From: Nannocystis bainbridge
Lineage (GTDB): Bacteria; Myxococcota_A; Polyangia; Nannocystales; Nannocystaceae
NCBI RefSeq assembly: GCF_028368995.1
Contig: NZ_JAQNDL010000002.1
Coordinates: 1,937,776 to 2,001,775 of the forward strand
DNA: 64,000 nt
Direction of reading: 5' to 3'
Shown: piece by piece, positions 52,173-61,804 of the stretch
Numbering within the stretch: the first letter of the stretch is position 1
Layout: the number at the start of each line of letters is the position of its first letter
The notes under the pieces: model-generated
What the model saw: the letters and a program-made list of their open reading frames with translations, nothing else
The model's database searches: none
What the model was told of the DNA's origin: nothing
Position numbers and translations under genes: made by a program

Positions 52173-53954
52173 TCAGTAGTTGTGAGCCAGGATCCCCCCG
52201 GCGAAGTACGTATCCGGCGCCTCGACCGAGAGCTCCCACACCTCGCTGGTGCCGTCGGCGACGATGCTCTCGATCGGGACCTCGGCGCCGTCGCTTCCGA
52301 GCAGCCGCTCGCCGACCCGCAGCTCCTTCGTGACCCGGAACGCCCCCACGCGCGGCAGCCACAGCGGGTGCTCCGCGGTGACGCGCAGCGCTCGACCGTC
52401 CGCGAGTCGCAGCTGCAACACCGGCTGCTCGCCGCGGGACACCCGGCGCAGCACGTGGGCCACGCGCGCCTCGCCGCTCAGCACGTCGTGCGACAGCACC
52501 CTCGCTCCGGGCGCCAGCGCCTCGATCGCCACCGGCCCGTCGGGCGTCTCGATCGGCGTGCCGGTGGCGAAGCACGTCGCGCCCGAGAGCCCCCAGCGCG
52601 CCGCGCCCGAGACTGGCGTCAGCGTCCCGTCCGCCGCGCTTGCGCAGGCCAGCAACGCGACATCGCTCGAGCAGCCGACCACGCCGCGGAAGCCGGGCTG
52701 CTCGCCGTCGCCGCCGACCTCGAGCGCCAGGGTCAGAGGCAGTTTCGCGGTCGCGGGGTGGCTATGCCAAGCGTCCCACAGCGCCCGCGGCACGTCGGCG
52801 AACACCTGCTGCGGATCGCACGGGAGCGGCACCCGGGCGCCTCGCGGTCCCGGATGGCGCCCTGCGATCAAGCGGATCGACTCGGCGCCGGCCGGCCAGG
52901 TCCGCACCGTCAGCGCCGCGTCCAGCATGCAGTCGTAGCTCTCGCGCGCGGCCACCAGCGCGACCTCGGCGGCGCGCGTCGGATCCTCGTCCGCGGCCAG
53001 CGGCGTGGACTCGCCGGCCGAGGGCTTGCCGTCGCGCACCAGCAGGCGGTCGAGGAAGAACGTGTCCGGCGCGCTGACGTCGGTGATGTCGGAGCCGTAC
53101 GTCTTCTTGCGCTCCGTCACTTCGCGGGCCTCGACCGGCCCCTCGCGACCGAACAGTCGATCGCCCGCGACCACCTCCGACGCGCGCACCCACGCCGCCG
53201 TCTCGACGCGCCACAGCTCGTGGTTCGGCAGCACCACGATCGGCTCGCCCGTCGTCAGCCGGACCTCCAGCACCCGGCTCGACCGTCGCTCTCGCAGCGC
53301 CCGCACCTCGACCCGCACGCGCGCGCCCGTCGTCGGGTCGGCGCCGATCAGCTGCATGCCGCGCTGCGGGGCGACCAGGTCGGCCGTCTCGCCCGAAGGC
53401 GTCAGCAGGCGATGCTCGCCGTACCAGCTCGGATCGGCCGCGACCTCCGTATGCGCCGCGACCGGGCCGCGCGAGGCATGGAGCGCGCCGCTCGAGTCGC
53501 GCATGCACAGCCCGAGCGCGTAGGACTTCCCGCAGGCGATGGCCGGCGGCTCGACGCGCACGCGCAGCCGCGTCGGTCCGCCGGTCGTGTCCGGGGGCGC
53601 GACGGTCAGCGCTTCACGCGGCAGCTCGAGCATCACCGGCCGCGAGCAATCGACCGCAGCGACGGATGCGTTCGCCGACTCCCGGGCCACGACCACCAGC
53701 GACACCAGCGGCGCAGCGAGCTGGACCGCCGGCACGTCGACGTCGAGCGCGCAGTGATCGAAACTACCGACGAGCGACGGGACCACCAGCATCGCCTCGT
53801 CGAGCTCCGGAACCGGTGCCGGAGCCGGCGCTGGTGCCGGCGCCGGCGGCAACGCCTGGGGCCTCGTCTCGGGCCGCGGAGCGGCGGCATCGGGGGCATC
53901 TGGCGTGCAGCCCGCCAGCGAGACGAGGACGGCGGAGACGATCGCGCGGCGCAT
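52173..53954 (-). CDS. Lipoprotein with two Hint (intein-like) domains
   Basis: Lipobox LAGC; C-terminal CFATGTPIETPDG...VTAEHPLW...YFAGGILAHNY*; internal degenerate Hint SWYGEHRLLTPSG...VLPNHELW...TFFLDRLLVRD. Confidence 0.88.
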   Translation of the reverse strand: MRRAIVSAVLVSLAGCTPDAPDAAAPRPETRPQALPPAPAPAPAPAPVPELDEAMLVVPSLVGSFDHCALDVDVPAVQLAAPLVSLVVVARESANASVAAVDCSRPVMLELPREALTVAPPDTTGGPTRLRVRVEPPAIACGKSYALGLCMRDSSGALHASRGPVAAHTEVAADPSWYGEHRLLTPSGETADLVAPQRGMQLIGADPTTGARVRVEVRALRERRSSRVLEVRLTTGEPIVVLPNHELWRVETAAWVRASEVVAGDRLFGREGPVEAREVTERKKTYGSDITDVSAPDTFFLDRLLVRDGKPSAGESTPLAADEDPTRAAEVALVAARESYDCMLDAALTVRTWPAGAESIRLIAGRHPGPRGARVPLPCDPQQVFADVPRALWDAWHSHPATAKLPLTLALEVGGDGEQPGFRGVVGCSSDVALLACASAADGTLTPVSGAARWGLSGATCFATGTPIETPDGPVAIEALAPGARVLSHDVLSGEARVAHVLRRVSRGEQPVLQLRLADGRALRVTAEHPLWLPRVGAFRVTKELRVGERLLGSDGAEVPIESIVADGTSEVWELSVEAPDTYFAGGILAHNY

Positions 53955-54106
53955 GTGCGACCCAATACGAGCTCGACCCCATGTTATTCGCGCGCTCGCG
54001 CCGCCCCGGCCGCGTCGTGCCTCACACCCCCGGCCATCACTCAGGGACATGTCGCTCGGGACATGTCCGATCGTCCCGAGCGCCCGAGGTCGACAGCCCC
54101 CGCCCC

Positions 54107-54667
54107 TCAGTGGACGCGATAGCCCCCGTGCTCCGCAGCGATCTCGTTGTAGCGGGCGAACCCCAGGATCCACTTGCGGCCGTCCTCGCGGGCCACCCCG
54201 GCGTCCGGGAAATAGTCCTGGGCGATCACCTCCACGTGCTCGCGCAGCTTGCGGGCCAGCACCGCGCACTCCTCCGGCGTCACCAGCCAGCCATCGTTCG
54301 ACTGGAACTTGAACGCCCCCACGCGCCCGTCCTTCAGCGATGACGACTCCACCGCCGCCTCGTGCGCCTGCAGGTACGCGCGCGCGGCCGCCAGCTCCGC
54401 CTCTGTCGGCGCCGGCCCCTCTGCCGCCTCGCCGCGCAGCGCCGCAAACGCCGCGAGCACCCGCTCCTCGTCGAGCTCGCCCAGCTCGAGCTCCGGGATC
54501 GGGGCCGCCTCCCCGTAGTGGATCGCGTCGGCCCACTCGAGCGCGCCCACGGTCGTCGCCATGCCCCGCACGTTGAAGCGGTAGTACCCCGCGACCCCGC
54601 TCGAGTTCGGCAGCTCGTCCTCGTCCACCGTCGGGGGGGTGCGCACCATCTGCAGGTCGTAGCCCAT
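54107..54667 (-). CDS. Hypothetical protein
   Basis: Coding-like composition; MGYD start, KFQSNDGWLVTPEEC, HGGYRV end. Confidence 0.8.
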   Translation of the reverse strand: MGYDLQMVRTPPTVDEDELPNSSGVAGYYRFNVRGMATTVGALEWADAIHYGEAAPIPELELGELDEERVLAAFAALRGEAAEGPAPTEAELAAARAYLQAHEAAVESSSLKDGRVGAFKFQSNDGWLVTPEECAVLARKLREHVEVIAQDYFPDAGVAREDGRKWILGFARYNEIAAEHGGYRVH

Positions 54668-54757
54668 CGTCCAGGCCTACCATGGATCGCCCGCGCGCGG
54701 CGTCGCCTCACGCCCGCGCCTGCGGCCTGCGAGCGGCCTGCGTGCCAAGCTCTCGCC

Positions 54758-56200
54758 GTGCCGCCCTCCGCACGTTATCGGCCGGATCCCCGGTACCTCG
54801 CGCTCGGCGACGGCTTCGCCGACGTCGTCGCCCCCGCGCGCTTCCCCAGCCATGTCCTGCGGCACCGCGACGAGCGCTGGGCCGCGCGGGTCGGCCTCGA
54901 CAGCCTCGGCGACGACGAATGGGAGCGGCACTTCGCCCGCTTCGAGCCGCTGCCCGGCAACCTGCCCGACCCGCTCGCCCTGCGCTACCACGGCCATCAA
55001 TTCGGCAGCTACAACCCCGCGCTCGGCGACGGCCGCGGCTTCTTGTTCGCCCAGCTGCGCGACGGCTTCGACGGTCGCCTGCTCGACCTCGGCACCAAGG
55101 GCAGCGGCGCCACCCCGTACGCCCGCGGCGGCGACGGCCGCCTCACCCTCAAGGGCGGCGTGCGCGAGATCCTCGCCGCCGAGCTGCTCGCGGCCCGCGG
55201 CGTCGACACCTGCAAGATCCTCAGCGTGTTCGAGACCGGCGAGCGGCTCATCCGCGGCGACGAGCCCTCGCCCACGCGCTCGTGCGTGCTCGTGCGGCTC
55301 AGCCACTCCAACCTGCGGTTCGGCACCTTCCAGCGCCACGCTTACCACCGCGACCTCGCCCGCCTCGGCGCCCTGGTCGACTACGCCGTCGAGCACCACT
55401 TCCCGGCCGCGCGCCGCGACGACCTCGCCGTCACCACCGCCGCGCTGGTCCGTCTCGTCGCCTGTCGCGCCGCCGCCACCGCCGCCGCCTGGACCGTCGC
55501 CGGCTTCGTGCACGGCGTCCTCAACACCGACAACCTCAACCTCACCGGCGAGAGCTTCGACTACGGCCCCTGGCGCTTCCTGCCGACCTACGACCTCGGC
55601 TTCACCGCCGCCTACTTCGACGAGACCGGCTTCTACGCCTTCGGTCGCCAGCCCAACGCCGTGCTGTGGAACCTCGGGCGCCTGGCCGAGGCCGTACTCC
55701 CGCTGACCACGCGAGATGTCCTCGAGGACAGCCTCGGCGCGTTCGAGCCCGCCTTCCACGCCGCCGTGCGCCGCGCCTTCCTCGACCGCCTCGGCCTCGC
55801 CCCGCGCGGCGACGCGGCCGACGACGGCGTCATGGACGCCTGCTACGCCTTCCTCGCCGCGCGCCGCCTCGACCTCGACCGCTTCTACTTCGACTGGTAC
55901 GGCGGCGAGGCCAGCGCCGCCCGGGCCCTCGCCGGCCCGGCCGCCGCCCACTACGACCACCCCGAGTTCATGGAGGTGCGCCGCGCCTGGACCGCGCACG
56001 CCCCCGCCGCCCCCGAGCGCCTCGGCCACCCGTACTACGGCGGCGCCGCCCCGTGCTCGCTGCTCATCGACGAGGTCGAGGCGCTGTGGGCCGCGATCGC
56101 CGACCGCGACGACTGGGCCCCGCTGGCTGCCAAGCTGGCGGCGATCCGCGAGTTCGCCACCCTCCACGGCCGCGACCCGTCGGTGATGGACATGCCCTGA
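54758..56200 (+). CDS. selO: Protein adenylyltransferase SelO/YdiU
   Basis: YHGHQFG..NPALGDGRG, KGSGATPYARGGDGR, GFVHGVLNTDN, DYGP. Confidence 0.95.
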   Translation: MPPSARYRPDPRYLALGDGFADVVAPARFPSHVLRHRDERWAARVGLDSLGDDEWERHFARFEPLPGNLPDPLALRYHGHQFGSYNPALGDGRGFLFAQLRDGFDGRLLDLGTKGSGATPYARGGDGRLTLKGGVREILAAELLAARGVDTCKILSVFETGERLIRGDEPSPTRSCVLVRLSHSNLRFGTFQRHAYHRDLARLGALVDYAVEHHFPAARRDDLAVTTAALVRLVACRAAATAAAWTVAGFVHGVLNTDNLNLTGESFDYGPWRFLPTYDLGFTAAYFDETGFYAFGRQPNAVLWNLGRLAEAVLPLTTRDVLEDSLGAFEPAFHAAVRRAFLDRLGLAPRGDAADDGVMDACYAFLAARRLDLDRFYFDWYGGEASAARALAGPAAAHYDHPEFMEVRRAWTAHAPAAPERLGHPYYGGAAPCSLLIDEVEALWAAIADRDDWAPLAAKLAAIREFATLHGRDPSVMDMP

Positions 56201-56253
56201 AGGCCATGTCCCAAGCGACATTTCTCAAAGGGCATGTCGCTTGCGACATGTCC
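56188..56253. repeat. 14-bp-phased CATG array (5 units) overlapping the selO stop
   Basis: Cores 56191, 56205, 56219(CATT), 56233, 56247. Confidence 0.92.
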
Positions 56254-56558
56254 CGACGTTCACTCTAAATCCGCGACCCCTCGGAGCTCGCGCCCGGCAT
56301 CCAGCGCCACGAGCAGCCCGGAGCCGGCGCTCGGCCTCCGCTGTCGCGGGAATCGCCGCAGCCGCGAGCTCGTCAGCCGCGAGCTTCTCAGCCGCGAGCG
56401 CTCCGCGCCTGAACCTCGCGGGCGAGCAGCCCGGAGCCGGCGCTCGGCCCGACGCCGCGAGGGCCGCCGCAGCCGCGAGCTTCTCAGCCGCGAGCGCTAC
56501 GCTCCCAACCCTCCGGCACGAGGCCTATCGCCCTCCTCGCAAGCACAGCCCGGAATCT

Positions 56559-56876
56559 TCAGCCGCGAGCGCTCCGCTCCCGACCCTCGGCCACGAGCCT
56601 ATCGCCCTCCGCCGCGAGCAACCGCTCGGCTTCCTCCGCCGCGAGCAACTCGGCTTCCTCTGCCGCGAGCACCTCGGCTTCCTCCGCCGCCTCCGCTTCC
56701 TCCGCCGCGAGCAGCTCCGCCTCCTCGATCTCGAGTTCCAGCAGCTCCTGCTCGGCCCCGATCTCCGTCAGCTCCCAGTCCTGCTCCGGCGCGCAGGCCG
56801 GCATCAACAGGCCCCACGCGGCGAACACGACCGCGCACGCGCCCCGGATCCCTCGGATGTGCCCGCTCTCTTGCAT
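56559..56876 (-). CDS. Putative lipoprotein with acidic EAELLAAE repeats, possibly frameshifted or truncated
   Basis: LMPAC lipobox-like; repeated AEEAELLA; related repeat DNA continues out of frame to about 56310. Confidence 0.5.
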   Translation of the reverse strand: MQESGHIRGIRGACAVVFAAWGLLMPACAPEQDWELTEIGAEQELLELEIEEAELLAAEEAEAAEEAEVLAAEEAELLAAEEAERLLAAEGDRLVAEGRERSARG

Positions 56877-56997
56877 GGGCCCATCCTCGCAGCTCTTCCC
56901 GATCTCGCGCGGATCACGGCGCCGCACCCTCGGTTCGCCGACCGCGTGCAGCCGGCTGCCTTCCTCGGGGCTGCCGCTCGCGTTACTGTCCGCGCCC

Positions 56998-57369
56998 ATG
57001 ATCGGCTACGTCAGTCTCGGTACCAAGGACATGCAGCGGGCCTCCGCCTTTTACGACGCGCTCCTCGCGGAGCTCGGCGCCCAGCGCACGCTGAACTTCG
57101 ACCGCTTCGTCATTTGGGGCAAGAGCCCGAGCGAGGCCGCCCTCGCCGTGTGCACCCCGTACGACGGCAACCGCGCCACCGTCGGCAACGGCGTGATGGT
57201 GGCCCTCGCCTGCGCCGACCGGGCGGAGGTCGACCGCCTGTATGCGCGCGCCCTCGCTCTCGGCGCCACCGACGAGGGCGCCCCCGGCGAGCGCGGGCCC
57301 GGCTTCTACGCCGCCTACTTCCGCGACCTCGACGGCAACAAGCTCAACTTTTTCAAGATCGACGGATAG
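56998..57369 (+). CDS. VOC/glyoxalase family protein
   Basis: MIGYVSLGTKD..RASAFYD, GNGVMVAL, GATDEGAPGER, YFRDLDGNKL. Confidence 0.95.
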   Translation: MIGYVSLGTKDMQRASAFYDALLAELGAQRTLNFDRFVIWGKSPSEAALAVCTPYDGNRATVGNGVMVALACADRAEVDRLYARALALGATDEGAPGERGPGFYAAYFRDLDGNKLNFFKIDG

Positions 57370-57420
57370 CGACAGCGACCCGATGGGCCGCCGGAGTCGA
57401 GGAGAGTCGCGCCTCCCGTA

Positions 57421-57560
57421 AACACAGGCCGAGGGGACATGCCCCCTCGGCCTGCTCGAATTGACCGCCCCGGCCGCCCGCATCGCATGTCTCCCACGAC
57501 ATGCCCTCAAGAGCATGTCCCGAACACCATGCCCGTAAGAGCATGTCCCCGGCGACAGCT
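57421..57560. repeat. 14-bp-phased CATG array
   Basis: 57424/57438 dyad; CATG 57486, 57500, 57514, 57528, 57542. Confidence 0.93.
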
Positions 57561-57569
57561 CGTGATGCC

Positions 57570-57800
57570 TCACCCGCCCGCCAGCGACAGCACCGCGATC
57601 TCGCCCTTCTCGCTGCCGACCGCCAGGCGCTGGCCCTCGCGGTCGAACGCGAGCGCCGTCGTCCCCCCCTTGGCGAACACCCGCTGCGACGCCAGCCGCG
57701 CCCCGCCCGGGTACGCCACCAGCACCACCTCCCCCTCGGCCGAGCCGAACGCTGCGCGCTCGCCGTCGGGGTGCCAGGCCAGGCACTTCAGGACAGGCGG
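57570..57800 (-). pseudogene. Orphan WD40 fragment (two blades)
   Basis: CLAWHPDGERAAFGSAEGEV...ALAFDREGQRLAVGSEKGEI*; no convincing start or remainder. Confidence 0.55.
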
Positions 57801-58091
57801 TGACGCGAGCCCTCGTTCCGCGTTCCCCTGTCCTCCGCTCTCTCTATTCAAAGCTGCACCGAGACCCCGCTCCGCATCCGAGCCCCCCGACGCTGCGTGT
57901 CCTCTCGCGCCCCGCGAAGCCACCTCGCCCCTGCGGTCGCGACCTCGACCTGTCCCCGCAGACAGATCGATCCCGCCGACCTGTCTTCCCGGCCAGGTGC
58001 GCTCGTGACCGCGGTTCGGTCCGGGTCCGCGCCTGCCTCCGCCTGAGGCTGGCCCGCGCCGGCGGCCCCGCGTACACTCCGGCCCCGTTCG

Positions 58092-59132
58092 ATGCCGGCC
58101 CTCGTCGTCGCACTGCTCACCGCGCTCGCGCCCGATCCTTCCGATCCGGTCGTCGACGCCTGGCAGGTCCCCGAGGGCTGCCCCACCGTCGAGGTGCTGC
58201 ACGCTGGCATTCGCCGCTCGCTCGGCGGCCTCGCGGTCGAGCGCCGCGCCCCCGTGCAGGTCGGCGTCATCGTCGTCCGCGAGGCGCCGCAGCGCTTTCG
58301 CCTCGAGCTGCGGCTCGACGCTGGCGACGGCCCCAGCGAACGCGTGCTCACCAGCGACAGCTGCGGCGCCGCCGTCGACACGGCCGCCTGGCTGGTCGCC
58401 ATCGCCATCGACGTGCGCGCCAGCGACCCGGCCGCCGCGCCAGCCCCTTCGGTCACCGTCCCCGCGCCGCCCGACCCCGAACCGGGCGCGCTCGTGCCCG
58501 CGCCCGTGCCTGCGCCCCAGCCAGCGCCCGCGCAGCCCGACCCCAAGCCCGCGCCCCAACCACTGCAGCCGCCCGCGCTCGAAGCCCCCTCGGACCCGTC
58601 GCCCGCCCCACGCCCCAAATCCCCGCTCCACCTCGACCTCTGGGCTGGTGGCGGCCTCGGTCTCGGCGTCTTGCCGCGGCCGGCCCCGACCGCCGCTCTC
58701 GGCCTCACCCTCGCCGGCCCGCGCTGGGAGGCCGAGCTCAGCGGCACCTACTGGGCCCTCCGGCGCGAAGATTTCGGCGAGGGCCGCGGCGGCAAGTTCG
58801 CCCACGGCCACGCCGCCGTGCGCGGCTGCGGCGCCTGGGAGCGCGGCCGCGTGCGCGTGCCTCTGTGCGGCGGCCTGGCCCTCGGCGGCGTCAGCGGCGA
58901 GGGCACCGGGGCCCTGATCCCCCAGACCGCCCGCTCGCTGTGGATCGGCCTGCTCGCCGGCGCCGGCCTGCGGGTCGCCCTGCACCCGCGCGTCGGCCTG
59001 CTCCTGCGCGCCGAGGCCGTGTTCGGCCTGCGCCGCCCGGGCTTCCTGCTCGAACCTGCGCGCGGCCTGGTGTTCCGCCCGGCGCCGGTCGGGTTCTCCG
59101 CGCTGATTGCGCTCTCGATTCGGTTGCGTTGA
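58092..59132 (+). CDS. Secreted protein: N-terminal domain, Pro-rich linker, C-terminal amphipathic beta-strands
   Basis: Signal-like N-terminus; W..PEGCP; PAP linker; Gly/aromatic alternating strands. Confidence 0.78.
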   Translation: MPALVVALLTALAPDPSDPVVDAWQVPEGCPTVEVLHAGIRRSLGGLAVERRAPVQVGVIVVREAPQRFRLELRLDAGDGPSERVLTSDSCGAAVDTAAWLVAIAIDVRASDPAAAPAPSVTVPAPPDPEPGALVPAPVPAPQPAPAQPDPKPAPQPLQPPALEAPSDPSPAPRPKSPLHLDLWAGGGLGLGVLPRPAPTAALGLTLAGPRWEAELSGTYWALRREDFGEGRGGKFAHGHAAVRGCGAWERGRVRVPLCGGLALGGVSGEGTGALIPQTARSLWIGLLAGAGLRVALHPRVGLLLRAEAVFGLRRPGFLLEPARGLVFRPAPVGFSALIALSIRLR

Positions 59133-59172
59133 AGTGTCCGACTCGCCCCGCTCGTGGACATCCAGGGAGACG

Positions 59173-59727
59173 ATGCCCGCCAGCGGGGTCCTCTTCGACG
59201 CACTCGGGTCTCCGGCCGAGCTGCTCACCGTCGCCGACGTGTACCGCACGCACGCCGATTTCGTGTGGCGCGTGGTCCAGCGCCTGGGCGTGCCCGCGGC
59301 CGAGGCCGAGGACGTCGTCCACGAGGTCTTCATGGTCGTCCAGCGCCGGCTCGGCGAGTTCGACGGCCGCGGCGCCATCACCAGCTGGCTTTACGCGATC
59401 GGCCGCGGCGTCGCGGCCAACTACCGCCGTGGCCACGCCCGCGCCGCCCGCCGCATCGATCACCTCGATCCCCCGCTGCCGCCGCGCTCGCCCGAGGAGG
59501 ACGCCGCCCACCGCGAGGCCGCCGGCGTCATCGAGACCTTCCTCGGTCAGCTCGACGGCGAGACCCGCGAGATCTTCGAGCTCGCCGACATCGAGGGCAT
59601 GAACTGCCCCGAGGTCGCCCGCGCCCTCGAGCTCGACCTGAACCGCGTGCTCGCCCGACTCAAGACCGCCCGCCGCCGCTTCAACGCCTTCGTCGCCCAG
59701 CGCAGCGCCACCACGAGGACCCCATGA
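59173..59727 (+). CDS. ECF RNA polymerase sigma factor
   Basis: AEDVVHEVF, SWLYAIG (region 2); REIFELADIEGMNCPEVARAL (region 4). Confidence 0.93.
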   Translation: MPASGVLFDALGSPAELLTVADVYRTHADFVWRVVQRLGVPAAEAEDVVHEVFMVVQRRLGEFDGRGAITSWLYAIGRGVAANYRRGHARAARRIDHLDPPLPPRSPEEDAAHREAAGVIETFLGQLDGETREIFELADIEGMNCPEVARALELDLNRVLARLKTARRRFNAFVAQRSATTRTP

Positions 59728-60497
59728 CCGAACCCCGCGACGACCTCCCGGCCCTCGATCCCCGCGCCGCCGACCTGCTGGCGACCTACCGCCGCGCCCG
59801 CGCCATGCCGCCGGCCGCCCGCGCCCGGGTCCGCGACCAGCTCGTAGGGACAGGTCCCGAAGGACATGTCCTTCCGCTCAGGCCACGCCGCCGCCACGAC
59901 GCCGCCTGGGCCGCCGCCCTCGCGCTGGCCGCCGTCGCCATCCTGTGGCTGGCGCGCCGCGACTCACACCTGTCCGAACAGACGGGTGCGTCCGCGACCA
60001 TGAGCCCGGCCCACGGCGCTGCCGACCCCGCCGTCAACGACGCCGCCCTTCTCACGCCGCCGCCGGCCGCCCCGCAGCCCGGGCTCGTGCCTGCCGTCGC
60101 CCCGGCGCCGACCGACGTCGTGCGACCCCGGTCCAGGCCCGCCGCCGATCGCCGCGACGCCGCGAGCCCCTCCGTCTCGGCCGATGGCCCTGACGATCAC
60201 CGCGACGCGCACGACACCGCGCCCGCCACCGATCTGCGCGGCGAGCAGGCCCTGCTCGCGCGCGGCTGGCAGGCGCTCGCCGGCGGCGACCCCGGGTCCG
60301 CCGCGCGCGACGCCGACGAGCACGCGCGCCGCTACCCCGCTGGCGCGCTCGCTCCGGAGCGGCGCGCGCTCGCGGCCGCTGCGAGCTGCGCCGACGACCC
60401 CGCCGCTGGCGCCGAGCTCGCTCGCGCATTCCTCGCGGACCACCCGCGGAGCCCGCTGGCCCGGCGCGTGCGCGACGCCTGCGACCTCGCCCCGTGA
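59724..60497 (+). CDS. Putative anti-sigma factor with TM and C-terminal TPR-like helix pair
   Basis: ATGA overlap with the sigma gene; one TM; LRGEQALL...HARRYPAGALAPER...FLADHPRSP. Confidence 0.8.
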   Translation: MTEPRDDLPALDPRAADLLATYRRARAMPPAARARVRDQLVGTGPEGHVLPLRPRRRHDAAWAAALALAAVAILWLARRDSHLSEQTGASATMSPAHGAADPAVNDAALLTPPPAAPQPGLVPAVAPAPTDVVRPRSRPAADRRDAASPSVSADGPDDHRDAHDTAPATDLRGEQALLARGWQALAGGDPGSAARDADEHARRYPAGALAPERRALAAAASCADDPAAGAELARAFLADHPRSPLARRVRDACDLAP

Positions 60498-60586
60498 CCG
60501 CGATCGCGAAATTTTCTCCCCCTCATGTCCCACTGCTTCGCTTCGCGGACATGAAGGGGGCGACCCCCCACCTGAGGAACCTAACC

Positions 60587-61573
60587 ATGCGCCTTCATCT
60601 AAACCCCCTGTACGTCCTCACCCTCGCTGCCGGCGCGCTCATCGGCGCCTGCGACATCGACAAGCCGATCGGCGAGCTCGGCCCCTACGAGCCCTGCGAG
60701 GCCAAGAAGTGCGGCGACGCCTGCAGCGTGTGCGACCCCGACGACAAGGATTGCGTCGAGACCGCGGTCATCAAGGCCTGCGACGCCGAGGGCGCCTGCG
60801 TCGCCGGCAACCCGGGCGTGTGCGAGGACGCCGGCTGGGAGCCGTGCGCCGACAAGGGCTGCGGCGAGGGCTGCAGCGTGTGCGCCCCCGACGACCCCGA
60901 CTGCGTCGAGACTGCGGTCGTCAAGGCTTGCAACGGCGAGGGCCAGTGCGTGCCCGAGACCCCCGACCTGTGCGACCCCGCCGTCTACGACCCGTGCGCG
61001 GGCAAGGCCGCGTGCGACTCGTGCCAGGAGTGCGACCCCGCCGACCTCGACTGCAACGAGACCGCCGCGCTCAAGGTCTGCGACGAGTCTCTGAAGTGCG
61101 TCGTCGCCACCCCCGAGATCTGCGAGCAGACCGAGTGGGCCCCGTGCGAGGACCAGCCGTGCGGCGAGTCGTGCACCGAGTGCCCGCCCAACTCCCCCGG
61201 CTGCTTCGAGGATGACGTCGTCAAGGCCTGCGACGGCAAGGGCCAGTGCGTGCCCCTCAACGACGAGCTGTGCGAGGACAGCTACGACCCGTGCGCCGGC
61301 AAGGCCGCCTGCGATCAGTGCTTCCTCTGCGACCCCGCCGAGCCCGATTGCTCCGAGGACGACGCGGTGAAGGTCTGCGACGACTCGCTGCAGTGCGTCT
61401 TCCAGACCCCGGGCGTGTGCCAGGACTCGTTCAACGACTGCGCCGAAAAGGCCTGCGGCGAAGCCTGCACCCTGTGCGACCCGGCCGACCCCGACTGCGC
61501 CGAGGACGCCGTCTTCAAGGTCTGCAACTCCCTCGGCACCTGCGTGCCCGGCCAGCCCGACGTGTGCAAGTGA
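60587..61573 (+). CDS. Cys/Asp-rich lipoprotein with six 8-Cys repeats of about 50 aa
   Basis: Lipobox IGAC; GAGGA RBS; unit PCxxKxCxxxCxxCDPxxxDCxExxxxKxCxxxxxCVxxxPxxC. Confidence 0.9.
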   Translation: MRLHLNPLYVLTLAAGALIGACDIDKPIGELGPYEPCEAKKCGDACSVCDPDDKDCVETAVIKACDAEGACVAGNPGVCEDAGWEPCADKGCGEGCSVCAPDDPDCVETAVVKACNGEGQCVPETPDLCDPAVYDPCAGKAACDSCQECDPADLDCNETAALKVCDESLKCVVATPEICEQTEWAPCEDQPCGESCTECPPNSPGCFEDDVVKACDGKGQCVPLNDELCEDSYDPCAGKAACDQCFLCDPAEPDCSEDDAVKVCDDSLQCVFQTPGVCQDSFNDCAEKACGEACTLCDPADPDCAEDAVFKVCNSLGTCVPGQPDVCK

Positions 61574-61770
61574 GCCGCCCGCGCGGCTGAAGCCTCGAGG
61601 CACCTGGTCTTTCGACCAGGTGCCTCTTGACGTTTGCAAGTGAGCCGCCCGCGCGGCTGAAGCACCGAGGCACCTGGGCTTTCGACCAGATGCCTCCTGA
61701 TGTGTGCAAGTGAGCCGCCCGCGCGGCTGAAGCCTCGAGACACCTGGTCTTTCGACCAGGTGCCTCTTCG
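61562..61770. repeat. 70-bp tandem triplication including the gene's stop codon and a hairpin
   Basis: Units at 61562, 61632, 61702; hairpin GAGGCACCTGGTC-TTTC-GACCAGGTGCCTC. Confidence 0.95.
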
Positions 61771-61804
61771 CGTCTGCCGCTCCGCCGCGACATCCCGGAT
61801 CCGG

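Noticed and set aside
52173-53954. Polymorphic toxin or true intein
   Set aside because: Only one residue (Tyr) follows the terminal Asn, so there is no toxin domain or Cys/Ser/Thr +1 extein, and no immunity gene follows.
53955-54683. N-terminal extension of the Hint protein ORF
   Set aside because: Overlaps the 54107-54667 gene in another frame; the signal peptide and lipobox start at 53954.
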